Source of the DNA: Octopus sinensis
Lineage: Eukaryota
NCBI RefSeq assembly: GCF_006345805.1
Contig: NC_043011.1
Coordinates: 9,548,001 to 9,612,000 of the forward strand
Length of the DNA: 64,000 nt
Reading direction: 5' to 3'
Part shown: positions 1 to 11,711 of the stretch, piece by piece
Layout of the letters: the number at the start of each line of letters is the position of its first letter
Position numbering within the stretch: the stretch's first letter is position 1
Position numbers and translations under genes: made by a program
Notes under the pieces: model-generated
What the model was told of the DNA's origin: nothing
The model's input: the letters and a program-made list of their open reading frames with translations, nothing else
The model's database searches: none

Positions 1-339
1 GAAAATAAGGCCCTAAGATGTGAAGAACTGAGGGAATTGTAGGAGTTGGATGTCCATGGTTTGAGGCCAGATCTACAATGGTTTTATGTGGCTGGCACTG
101 GCCTTAAGAAGGAGAGCAGTGTTATTGGAGAGAGAAGTAAAAAATACTTCAGCATGGATATAGCAGAAATATGAGAAGAGCAAAATCTGTGAGTGAAGAA
201 CCAATTCTCAAAGAGGAATGGTTACAGCTGCACCTAGTTTCAGGAGAAGGTTAATTAAATCTTGTGACCTCTTTCAGTGTAGCCATCTCTCTATTTCCCT
301 GCTCTAATGGACTCTGTGCAAGGAGCTATGACACCTCTG

Positions 340-480
340 GTTCACTGTCCCAGCCAACTTTGTGTAAAGAGCTATGACTTCCCTGGTTCACTGCCTCAAC
401 TATTTCCCAACATACCAACAGCCTTACACTTTCACCTTCAGTGGTCAGATTTTGTCGAGGTTGATTCTACCTTCACTCTC
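340..480 (+). mobile_element. Possible very old Penelope RT remnant
   Basis: Frameshifted LVHCLN..FTFSG..FVEVD resembles the PLE LVLxLNxFxFxGxxFxQxxG motif. Confidence 0.25.
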
Positions 481-2102
481 AGCATTCTAATACTGCAATT
501 GAGTTAATCAATGTTTTGCTATCAACAGATGTAAGGTAAATGCTCCAGTGTGCATATCCTTAAAAGGGGTTTCCTATCTGGAGTGACTGAAACGTACTCT
601 ATAAGGGATTTTTGCTTTATGGAGTGTATACTAAAAGGAGTATAAAACTACAAAGAGTACACAGCATAACTGAGTGCATGCGTTACCATGGGTCGTCATC
701 ATCATCATCCTTTAACATCCATTTTCCATGCTGACATGGGCTGGAAAGTTTGACCAGAATTGGAACTGTGACATGCTCAGTTGTCTGATATGACAGAATT
801 TCTTCAACAGGATGCCTTTCCTAATGCCAACCAAGTGCATGCTGCTTTTTTTCATGATAATGGCATTTATGAGATTAGCAAGTAACTTCAAAGAAAAGAA
901 AAATCAACAGAGTGGGAGCATATTTGAGACCTGGGGCGGGTGGGTGGCTTTTTGCCAGGTGTTAAAAGGGACAAGCACAGGTATCTTGCTACAGAGGAGA
1001 TACATCACTATAAAGCAAATATGCTACAAAGTGCCATCCCCAAAATTACATATCACAAGGCGTGCTACTATGACTGAATGGTTGAGTAGTTTCACATGGA
1101 AACTCCTGTCCCATCAGTTTCAATCCCTGTGCACAGCATCTTAAGCAAATATCTGACATCAACATTTAGTTCCAAAATAATGATTTCCAATCTTTACTAA
1201 ACAATATATTGAACCCAAAGGAATATTTTGCAGGAAGTTAAATACCAGGGAGGGATTATTTTGGTTACAATATATTACTGGTACTCACTTTCTTGACAGC
1301 AATCACAAGGTTCTCTGAGAGGGTTTTACCTTATATATGTAATTTTACACCAATCTACTCAAGTTTACTATGCTTCTCAATTAAAGAGATAGAAATATTT
1401 TGGTCAGATATAAAAGTTATGGTCATCAGAATTTCAATCTCTGCCAAACTTTTCTGAATCTCAAAAGAGAAAGAATTCTTGAAGAGTTTGGCTCTTAATT
1501 GTTTCTAAAACAGAACTGATAAAAGTTGTCTTGGGAGAAATGAAAACATACAGAAGCACTAAAGCTGGTGGAGCGATTAGTTGTGTCTCTCCTGCATAAA
1601 ATCCCTTTCTGCCAAAATGTGTGATGTAGCAGATCAACACTTGGATATCGATAAAATGAATGCCATCCTGAAACACTGAGGCTGGTCTCATTGATCTAAA
1701 ACACTTGAGCTTCTCCAGTGTGGCTGTGCTTTTAATGAGTGGAATCTGTAAAAAGGTCTGTCACATTGGTCAATGTATGTGCATGTGTGTGAGTGTGTGT
1801 GTGTGTGTGTGTGGTCAGTTTAATAACAGTACAATATATTTCATTACTCCAGTTTGGTCTTGACTAAAGCAACTAAAATTAAATTCCAAAAGAACACTGT
1901 ACAGGTTGTATACACACACTCTCACACATATACACATTCATGCTCATACATGTATACATTGTCATACATACATTCATGAGCACAAACACAAATATAAAAA
2001 AAAACCCACCCACACAGAAACACACCTTTTTCCTCTTTGGGAGGTCATCTGTTAAATACACAACCTGGGTGTGTCTGGTGGTTGTTAAAGTCACCCTCTT
2101 AC

Positions 2103-2153
2103 ACAGTCTACAGTGTGTAGAAAGTCAAACGCGTACACAGTGGCTTGTATCAT
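2103..2153 (-). CDS. Candidate short alternative N-terminal exon: MIQATVYAFDFLHTVDC
   Basis: ATG at 2153, 17 codons, phase-0 donor TGT|gtaaga at 2102. Unique sequence, with a CpG-containing, motif-rich region upstream (2250-2452). Confidence 0.3.
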
Positions 2154-2395
2154 GTGTAAAGACACAGTAGGGTGTATACTATGTGAGTAAACACATTGAG
2201 GTATATATAAAGCTACAATATGGTGTACAGTGTATACGTAAAGACATAGCCACCATCCACGCTGCTCTCGACACACGCTGGTCAGTAATTTAGGGGAAGT
2301 GAGCAATAATTAGTTATAAACAGCAATAAAATGTGATGGAGCAGGAGGAGGACAAAGCCATTGTTTTTTCTTATATTGTTTAAAGTCAGCACAGC

Positions 2396-2436
<41 letters not shown>

Positions 2437-3298
2437 TGATTTATGGTGACAGGTAAGCAACAATCTTCAGTGCTAACCCCCTCCCCCACTATTGTTACCC
2501 TATCACCACCACCACCACCACCGCCGCCACTACAGTGTCATGTTCTGTAATGAAGATGTCAACATCAGATTGCAGGTAGAGGGGTAAGAAACCTCTCTCA
2601 ATGTATGTTGTTTCCTCATTATTGATCTGTTAGTTTTGTTGTTGGATAACAGCCCTCACCACCACACCCCTATACATACATGTATATATATCATCATCAT
2701 CATCATCATCATCGTTTAACGTCCGCTTTCCATGCTAGCATGGGTTGGACGATTTTGACTGAGGCCTAGCGAAGCAGATGGCTGCACCAGGCTCCAATCT
2801 ATATATATATATGTAATACTTACAATGTTTAATAAAATGATGTAGCGTGAAACGATCGTACCAAATTACCGAAGATATTCTTGTTGCTTATTTTGATTAT
2901 ATATATACATATATATATATACACACGCACACATGTGCATACATATACATATATGCACACACATACACACCACATGCATAATCATATACTATATACAATG
3001 TGTATTTGCATCTCTATGTCTCTTCACACAAACGCACAAACATGTACACACATGTACAGACATACATAAACACACTCACGTTTGGATCTTGGTCTGAATT
3101 CCCATCCATGGTCGTCAAGTTATTTGAACAGCTGAGCTTCCAGCATCATTGCATTACTAAGTGGCTGAGTGTTCCTCATACGTGTGTAACTCTAATGCAA
3201 TTCTCAGACAGAGTCAATGCAATACAGTGTGTGACAGGATTGCATGTTTCAGTTGCTGCTGCAGTCCATTCAAAAGACTTCCTTACAGTTTCCATCCA

Positions 3299-3331
<33 letters not shown>

Positions 3332-3862
3332 TATATATATGCACATAGACACAAGCATGGCTGAATGGTTAAGATCATTCTGCAACCACATGGCTCTTTC
3401 ATTTCAGTCTCATTGTGCAACTATGGCCCCAGGCAGTGCTCTGGAAGTGAATTCGGTAGATGGAAACTGTGTGCAAGTGCTTCGTGTTTATACATATGCT
3501 TCCAAAAATGACTACGATAGCAAATAATTGAAAAAACTGTTTAAATTTAATTGATGCAATGTGAAATAAGGTTGCTTCCTACAACCACAAAAACTACGAC
3601 GAAAACAACGAGCAATGTGAGAATCATATTACAACAAACTTGGAGAAATAATTAGATTTGTTACTCTGCAAATTCCTACTTATATCCAGAGTTTTGTTGC
3701 TACTAATTATTATAGTTTTATTAATACTACTTTTACAAGTAATAACGACAAGGATTGAAATACTTCGTCATTTGGTAAACACACAATGCATTTATATTTA
3801 CAGAAATACATCCTTTCAAGAAACAAAATACACACATTTTGTGCGTATGGTTCCATATACAA

Positions 3863-3897
<35 letters not shown>

Positions 3898-3908
3898 TAC
3901 ACACACAC

Positions 3909-3944
<36 letters not shown>

Positions 3945-3949
3945 GCATG

Positions 3950-3992
<43 letters not shown>

Positions 3993-4786
3993 TATATATA
4001 TATGCATGTATGTATGCATGTATGTATGTATGTATGTGTGTATACACATACACACGTGTATGAACTTCAAAAAACCCTGCTAGAAAGATAAAAATGTTTG
4101 CTGATGTAAAAGCTAAACATGAAAATATACGCACAAACACACAAACACACTGCTCTATTTACAAAACTAGAATATACATACATCAATACAGGAGTTGTAA
4201 AAACAATGGTGATCCACACCAGCCAGAAAAATATATACTCCAACAGTTTCTCGTGTAATAATGCAGCAACGTTCAACTGCAACAACAACAACAACTACGA
4301 GGACGACGGCAAGTGCGAGCAATAACAAGGCGAGTGCATTCTCTGCTGCCACATTTTTGAGTGGGGTGGAGAGTGCGGCGCTGGTGCAGTAGCAGTAAAC
4401 ATGCCATTATTGTCAGCATCTTTAAGACTCACTCTCTTACCGTTTTACAATTTGCTCACAACCATTCTAATCATCATCACTGCTGCTATCATCCAACGCC
4501 TCTATGCCGCCGCCGCTGCCACCACCCACCCACCATCACTATCATCAACATGAATAACAATAGCCATCACCACTATCAATGTCAACATCTCCACCGCCGC
4601 TATCATCCATATCAACCTTACTAATCACCACCACCACCACCACCACCACCAGCCACACACCCCCATCATCACCATACCACTATTACAACAACCACTACAT
4701 TAACCACCTCCTCCTCCACCACACAGAACACCATTTTTACCATTAAACTCATCACCCACCACCACCACCATCACCCACCATCTTAC

Positions 4787-4915
4787 CTCTTTCTTTTTCT
4801 TCCTGATTTTCCATAGAGTTCTAGCCACGAAGCTGCTGCCATGGAAATTACTGTCATTCTTGTAGAAGGCCAAGCGACTAATTGTGGCAGTGAAATATTG
4901 GTACATGTGGTACAT
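4787..4915 (-). CDS. Candidate alternative N-terminal coding exon of a short CASK isoform: MYHMYQYFTATISRLAFYKNDSNFHGSSFVARTLWKIRKKKKE
   Basis: ATG at 4915, 43 non-repetitive codons, phase-0 donor GAG|gtaaga at 4786. A possible upstream acceptor (gcttataag|) lies at 5016, and a CpG-rich stretch (4250-4520) lies just downstream. Confidence 0.5.
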
Positions 4916-5443
4916 TGTTATTTACTAAATGACTAACGGTGGCACTAAAATATTGGTACATTTCGTACATTGGTATTTGGCAAATAATACCAAGAGATAT
5001 AAAGGCAGAAATATTGCTTATAAGCAAATAGACAGGACCGTAGACATTCCAATGGTTGTGTGTGTATGTTTGTATTGGCAGTTGTATGTGTATATGTATG
5101 TAGTTGCAACTGTGTGGGTGTAGAGATACGTGTGTGTGTGTGTGTTCATGTATATGTGTTAGTATTTGAGGCTGTGAGTGTGTGTGTGGACTAATATTTG
5201 TGTGTACGTGTGTGTGTGTGCATATGCATATACCTCCTCCTTCTCACACATATATTGATCCCTATTGATTCACACACACACACGCACACGCAATATTATA
5301 GATACACTTGAAATATATATGCTCATACACAGAGATTATCACTCATAAATAAATAGATATAAAATTGTGCATACAAAGCGCGCGCACGCACACACGGAGA
5401 CTAGCAGTGTTGTGACGTCGTCGACTGTAGCATCATCTCTTAC

Positions 5444-5525
5444 CTGGTAATCCAGGTGGTAGGTAGGTAGCTGACACTCCACAGGAGGAGGAAGGAAGGT
5501 CGTTAGCTACTCTGGTTCAACCATA
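5444..5525 (-). other. Candidate non-coding (5' UTR) exon, 82 nt
   Basis: Acceptor ctctccgtctatctgtccctattgtag| and donor CAG|gtaaga. All three frames contain stops, and it carries a 5-codon uORF (MVEPE*). Confidence 0.4.
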
Positions 5526-6389
5526 CTACAATAGGGACAGATAGACGGAGAGTTATGTAGATAGGATGAAGATAATAGATAGGGAGAGAGAGAGAGAGAG
5601 CTAAACGAAGGAGGGAGATAGACAAATAAATAGATTGAGAGAGAGAGAGAGACAGCTGGATGAGTGGATAGATGGGTAAATAGACGAACAGATGGATGCG
5701 AGTAGGAAAGTAGTTAATGAATAAAAATCCAGGCATGCAGAGCCTTTTGTCTGGGTTGTCAAATGATTGCTTTGTTTCCAACGATATGGTGTCGTGTATA
5801 CACAAATATATATATTTGTGTGTGTGTGTATGGTCTATATAAACTAAGTAGCATTTGACCACTAGGGTCAACTATGGTCTGTCTATATATATATAGGGAG
5901 AGAGTGTGTAGGTAGATGTAAAAGAGATAGAGAGACAGTTGATGAAGATAGAGAGAGAGAGGGAGGTCGCTAGCCAGATGTAGCCCCAGATTGATGACTC
6001 TACTACATTGCAGGGGTATTAAACAATAACAAAGTGGAATGAGGCTGGGTTTTCTGTGACGGAGACAACATTGGCTTTTCTAATAGCAAGACTTGTTTTG
6101 TCGCTGTATGGTGACAGTTTCCATTGTCTGTTGTGTTGCCTCGTCCACCACCACCACCACCACTACCACACAAACACTTACAGTCAGTCAGTTACTGTTA
6201 TTACTACTACTACTACTACTACTACTACTACACAAGCTACCACACCTAATCTACCACGTGTAAAACTCTACCAAAGTGTTATTGTTGTTGCTACCCTTCT
6301 ACCCACCCTGCTACATCCCCACCGCCTTCCAAAGGAATTAATTTACATTCTTGTCGTTATTGTCCTTTCTCATTCCCCACTCCTTCCTT

Positions 6390-6570
6390 TCAAGGACCGA
6401 CAAAGGGATTAAGTCGACCCCAGTGTGTAACTGGTACTTAATTTATTGACCCCGAAAGGATGAAAGGCAAAGTTGATCTCGGCGGAATTTGAACTCAGAA
6501 CGTAAGGGCAGACGAAATACTGCTAAGCATTTCACCCGGCGTGCTAACCATTCTGCCAGCTCGCCGCCGC
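6390..6570 (-). mobile_element. tRNA-derived SINE with Nin/Deu-like core (young, CpG-retaining copy)
   Basis: Reverse strand ggcggcgagctggcagaatggttagcacgccggg..gagttcaaattcc..gcctttcatcctttcggggtcaataaattaagtacc (A and B boxes plus core). Confidence 0.85.
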
Positions 6571-6929
6571 CCTACGGCTTTCTGTCTCCATCGTCACCAT
6601 ACATTGTTCTTGTTACTGTTATTATTTTTGACATCTCCATCTTCGCCACCATTCAACATCACTCAACCATCACCAATAGTTCCACAACCACAACCTTCCT
6701 GTAAACTGCATATCAAGATTTTTTAAAAATGTCTCAATAGAAGGAATACAACAAGAATGGATGACAGGAATATTTATGGAACAACAGCAGTGACATAACA
6801 TTATCACTCCACCACCACCACCTACAAAGCTTGAAGGCAGAATCATGTATGGAAGAACAGCAGTGAGACAACACCACCATCACTACACCACTTCCCATGA
6901 ATTAAGTTTACATTAGCTGATTCTCAATA

Positions 6930-8060
6930 TGACATAACCAATGGTATTTCGTCTGTCTTTACATTCTGAGTTCAAATTCCGCCAAGGTTGATTTTGCCTT
7001 TCATCCTTGGGGGGGGGGTGTCGATAAATTAAGTACCAGTTGCGTACTGGGTCAATCTAATTGACTGCCCCATCCCCCCAAATTTCGGGCCTTGTGCCTA
7101 GAGTAGAAAAGAATTTGGCATAACCAAATACCACTTCGTCTACCTCTCACAACTCCAATAATATTTGGAACAAACACTATTGGAATTTCGAGGGGCAGGG
7201 GGTTGATTATGTCCACCCTAGTGGTCAAATGGTACTTAGTTTAACATCCTGAAAAAGATGAAAGGCAAAGGTGACCCCCCACACGGAATCTGAACATGGA
7301 ACATAATAATGGACAAAATTCCACTAAACATTTCATCCAGCATGGTAACAATTCTGCCAGCTGGCCACCTCAAAAACAACAACAACCATAATGATTTCAA
7401 ATTTCTGCACAAGGCCAGCAATTTTGGGGAGGTGGGTAAGTCGAAAATATCAACCCCAATTTACTTATTTTATTGACCCTGAAAGGATGAAAGACAAAAT
7501 CAATTTCAGTGGAAATTAAGACTGAGAATATAAAAATGGATGAAATGCCGCTAAGCATTTTGCCAGGCATACTGACAATTCTATCAACTCACCACCTTAA
7601 TAACAACAACAATATGTGGCATCTTAAAGCAAAAACTTATCTCGTCATCGTAGGTGTCCTTGATGTCAGAAACATCTAGAAAACATCCCAGGAGAACCAT
7701 GTCTCACAGAAATCTAAAAGACTGCTGAAAAGTATTGCCCACATCCTCAGGAAAACCCTTTCATATTTCATCACCTCTCAACCTTCATTGGCCCAAGGGT
7801 GCTGGGTGTATCCTGGCAAGTGATTGCATTAGTCATGCAAATTAAAAGTAAATAACAATAATACTAATAATGATAATCCTTTCTACTATAGACACAAGGA
7901 CTGAAATTTGGGCAGAGGGGTGAGGCTAGTTGATTACGTTGACTCTAGTACTTAACTGTAAGGATGAAAGGCAAAGCCGACACTGGCAGGATTTGAACTC
8001 AGAACATAAAATTCCAGAATTTGTGTTTGGCATTTTAATGTTTCTGCCAAATAAGTAAAA
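6930..8060. mobile_element. Cluster of about four to five Nin/Deu-like SINE copies in both orientations, interleaved with AAC/AAT repeats and a Dong end
   Basis: Repeated gcctttcatcc / ggatgaaaggc cores near 6995, 7255, 7485 and 7965. Confidence 0.75.
7610..7880 (+). mobile_element. R4/Dong-clade LINE 3' end with (TAA)-rich tail
   Basis: MWHLKAKTYLVIVGVLD..LENIPGEPCLTEI resembles Dong MWHLK..IPVIVGALG..LxxIPGxPxLxEIQK. Ends in aataatactaataatgataat. Confidence 0.65.
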
Positions 8061-8334
8061 TATATAAATATTCAAAACAGGTGAAATTGCAACAACTAAA
8101 TAGGAAAAAATAACCAATAAATTAAATATGTTAATGGATAGAAATATCATTCAGGGAAAATAGGAAACATGGAAAAACATGTAGAATGCACACAGAAACA
8201 CACACAGATCACATGTGTGTGTATATTCTATGCATGTGTGTGTGTGTGTATTCTATACAAACACGTGTATATTCTATACATATATAGAATGGTCATGTGA
8301 TGTGTATGGACGAGGAAAACTGTGTAAAAAGTGT

Positions 8335-8700
8335 CAATCTCTAACTGTGGAGGGAACCTGTAGAAGAGGTAGACCCAGGAGGACATAGGAATAGGTGGTG
8401 AAGGATGATCTTTGAACATGGGGCCTCACAGAGGCAATGGTAGGTGGCTGAGACGTTTGGCAAATTGCTGGGCTTGAGAGGCCTGTCAAGCCAAGTGAAA
8501 GCATAGATGTGGTCAATGGCACATCCATGCCAGTGGCACATAAAAAGCACCCGTTACACTTTTGGAGTGGTTGGCATAAGAAACCTTTTGCCAAATCGGA
8601 CTGGAACTTGGTGCTGCTCTCCAGTTTGCCAGCTCTCAGTCAAACCATCCAACCCATGCCAGCATGGAAAGCAGATGCTATATGATAATGATGACAATAT
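8335..8700 (+). mobile_element. RTE-clade LINE 3' end with tail
   Basis: LTVEGTCRRGRPRRT..VVKDDL..GLTEAM, followed by ccaacccatgccagcatggaaagcagatg..gatgat. Confidence 0.7.
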
Positions 8701-8789
8701 TGATGCACACATTAAAGCTCAGAACTCAGATTCAAACATTTAGTTAAAAAGCACAGATCACACACATACACATAACTACACATGCACAC

Positions 8790-9070
8790 ACACACCTGTT
8801 CTTAAAGAGATCTGTCATCAAAAAGGTCCATTTAACTATATATCACATGTGGTGCACCTTGTCCACCACCACTAGGTCCAGTCTGTTATGCTTTAGCACC
8901 TGATCTGTTTGGACTGGGAAATCCCAGAGGATTTTGCTTGTCTCTGACTCCACCAGTGTCTGAAGTTGGTGCTCATACCACGTCTTGCCTCTCTCTAGCC
9001 CCTACTTTTCACACAGTTTCCAATGCAGCACTTTTCCTACCTGATCATGTTGCCACAACTTGTAGTGGTT
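8790..9070 (-). mobile_element. R4/Dong-clade LINE fragment (C-terminal restriction-like endonuclease region)
   Basis: The reverse strand reads HDQVGKVLHWKLCEK..WYEH..KILWDFPVQTDQVLKHNRLDLVVVDK. Confidence 0.8.
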
Positions 9071-9094
9071 TTGGGCAAGTCTAGGGCAAATTAT

Positions 9095-9615
9095 TATGAT
9101 TAATTATTGAGTGAGAGAGCAGAGCATGCCCTCAAAGTGGCACTGGGGTACTCATCATGACTACCCATCTGATAAGAGTACACCAGGCACATGCATCACA
9201 ACCATATGTGCACAACATGGTGATCTCATCTTAAGATAAATAGCACATGACCTTGCAGGTGGGGCATAGTTAAAATTTTTTCCAGCTTGAGCAGCCATCC
9301 CATTCAAAAGGTCCTTGAATGTTTAAGGATGTTGAACAAAACACCCATTTTTCCAAGGTGAATCATTCAAATCCCAAAGAATCCCTCTCAACACATACCT
9401 ATGATGCTCCCCAACCACTTCTGCTTGTGATCTGAGATGCACATATAGTCAGCCACTAAGAGACATGGTCAACTGGTTAAGGTCAAGCAACTGACAAGCA
9501 AATCTGTGTATTGAGCAGAATATTTGCTGTAGCCCACCTTTTATACCAAGGTACATGGTAATAGTTTACATAAGAAGTCATGAGAGCCAGTGCCTGGTAT
9601 TACATCATGGCATTT
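9095..9615. repeat. Interspersed repeat of about 520 bp, class uncertain (recognised as an abundant octopus repeat)
   Basis: Recognised sequence attattgagtgagagagcag..gagagccagtgcctggt, flanked by TTA repeats. Recall only; no database search was run. Confidence 0.45.
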
Positions 9616-9639
9616 ATTACTATTATCATTATTATTATT

Positions 9640-9857
9640 AAGAAGGCAGTGAGCTCCCAGAATCATTAGCAAGCGGGTCAAAATGCTTAGAGGTACTTTA
9701 CCCATCACTATGTTCTGAGTTCAAATTCTGCCGAGGTCGACCTTGCCTTTCATCCTTTTGAGGGTCGATAAATTAAGTACCAGTCAAACACTGGGGTCGA
9801 TGTAATCGATAAGTCTCCTCCCCCAAAATTTCAGGCCTTGTGCCTTTTGTAGAAAGG

Positions 9858-9907
<50 letters not shown>

Positions 9908-10075
9908 CATTATTAAGAATGCTTAGTTCAAATTTCACTGAGGTCAACTTTGCTTTTCATTCTTTTAGGGTCAATAAATTAAGTACCAGTGGAGTACTGG
10001 AGTCGATGTATTTGACTAGTCCCCTCCCCACCAAATTTCAGGCCTTGTGCCCTTAGTAGAAAGGATTTTTGTTAT
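9640..10075 (+). mobile_element. Two tandem Nin/Deu-like SINEs separated by (TTA)n
   Basis: Cores at about 9745 and 9950, each followed by ttagtagaaagg-like ends and ATT repeats. Confidence 0.8.
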
Positions 10076-10084
10076 TGCTCTCTG

Positions 10085-11390
10085 ACCCAGAAATGGGTAG
10101 AGAGGTCAGGCAAAGATGGTGAATGTTTACATTGCCTCTGTCATTATTTATCATCTGACTATTGTGCTTTGCCCCAGTTCCTGCTTGATTAGATTGGAGC
10201 ATATCCTGTTTATCTTCTTGTTGAAGGGATGCGTTCCAATGGTCAGGCTCCCAACTTCTTTTGCATGGCGGATTAAGCATGCCATGGCATTTAATGTGCA
10301 GACACGCACTCAGGTTGCGCCACTTGCAGTGATTTCTAGAAGGTGAACATGTGTGGGTTCTGTTTGTGAGACACGCCTTTCTGCAGCTCGTCTCTTTGAC
10401 AGAGCTGCAGTCCTGGGTAAAGGACCGGCTGAGACTGGGCACTTAGAATGTCATCAGGCACTCACTGACCTTTACAATAGGATCGGTGGATGTTCCATCT
10501 TAGATATTTACAGAGGATTAGTAGCAATGGAGTGTGATGGTGTCCTCAGGGAGATCCTAAGTATCAATGGAGATGAACTAGCAAGTCTATTCCGGAAGAC
10601 TTTCCGGTTGGGGACCGTTAAGGAAAATTTCCAGGTGTCTTTGGCCTGCCAGTGCTACATTGGAGTGGGGGTGAGGCGCTGATTTGAGAAAAATTTTACA
10701 GGCATGGATGTGCTGTTGGACAGGCTTGTCCGAGTTGAGCGCTGAGCGACAAAACCATTTTGCATGCACTTGTTCAGTGTCCGGACATTGCTGACTTGTG
10801 GAGTTAAGTCAAACAGCTGCTGTCGTGTGTGGGATGGATCCGTCTGTCAGCCAAGTCTATAATAATGATTGCCCTGCTGCCTTCCTTTAATTGGGCTGGC
10901 AAGGCAGTTTTCCTTTGTCTGGTGGCTGTGGCAAAAGAGGTTGTTTGGTGGACGAAGCCCTCATCGACTTTTTCCAGTTTCACTTGAAAAGGAAAGTGAG
11001 GGTGGGGAGGGAGGTTCTGTTCTCAAGTAAATTGATGAAAAAAAGGTGGGTGAAAGTTGCGAAAATGGCAAGAGTGGACGGTACCACTCCCAGTGTAAAC
11101 CTGTGAGTTGGAAGAAAGAAGTTGAAGAGGGCTCTTGTCCTTGGTATTCAGGGATTTCTTGGATGGTAGGGTTCCTTGATCATCCCTAGAGGTCCTCCTC
11201 TATCAGGTAGATCCCATCACAATCACATTTTTTTTTCTCGTGTCATATCCTATGTATACTGCCCTTCTTCACCATGTCTACTTTCATTCTTTTATCCTTC
11301 CATTATATATAAACCCCCACTCTTTCTGTCTGTTTGTCTGTCTTTGCATCGTCCTCTTCATCCTTTGCCCTGGTAGCAAATAAAAGAAAT
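10085..11390 (+). mobile_element. Degenerate L1/Tx1-like LINE, 3' part of ORF2 plus 3' UTR
   Basis: Frameshifted peptides NVYIASVIIYHLT..LFIFLLKG, NFQVSLACQCY, a CCHC-like C..TILHALVQCPDIADLW, AVFLCLVAVAKEVVWW, and FHLKRKVRVGREVL..KRWVKVAKMAR to stop. Ends near aataaaag. Confidence 0.8.
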
Positions 11391-11419
11391 CCTTATCATT
11401 ATTATTATTATTATTATTA

Positions 11420-11630
11420 AAAAAGGCAGTGAGCTGGCAGAATCGCCAGCACACAGGACAAAATGCTTAGCAGTATTTCATCTGCCTCTGTATTCTGAGT
11501 TCAAATTCCACCAAGGTCAACTTTGCCTTTCATCCTTTCAGAGTCAATAAAATAAGAACCAGTTGAGAACTGGAGTCGATATACTCAACTTATCCACTTC
11601 CTCAAACTTACTGGCCTTGGGCCAAAATTA
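11420..11630 (+). mobile_element. Nin/Deu-like SINE
   Basis: aaggcagtgagctggcagaatcg..gagttcaaattccaccaaggtcaactttgcctttcatcc, with ATT repeats on both sides. Confidence 0.8.
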
Positions 11631-11664
11631 TTATTATTGTTATTTAAAACATTTATGTGTGTTA

Positions 11665-11707
<43 letters not shown>

Positions 11708-11711
11708 GCAT

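Noticed and set aside
520-660. Several short imperfect hairpins
   Set aside because: Stems are too short and irregular for pre-miRNA; no recognised mature miRNA.
4261-4392. Plus-strand 43-aa ORF MQQRSTATTT...
   Set aside because: Low complexity and built on a CAA repeat; better explained as CpG-rich sequence next to a candidate exon.
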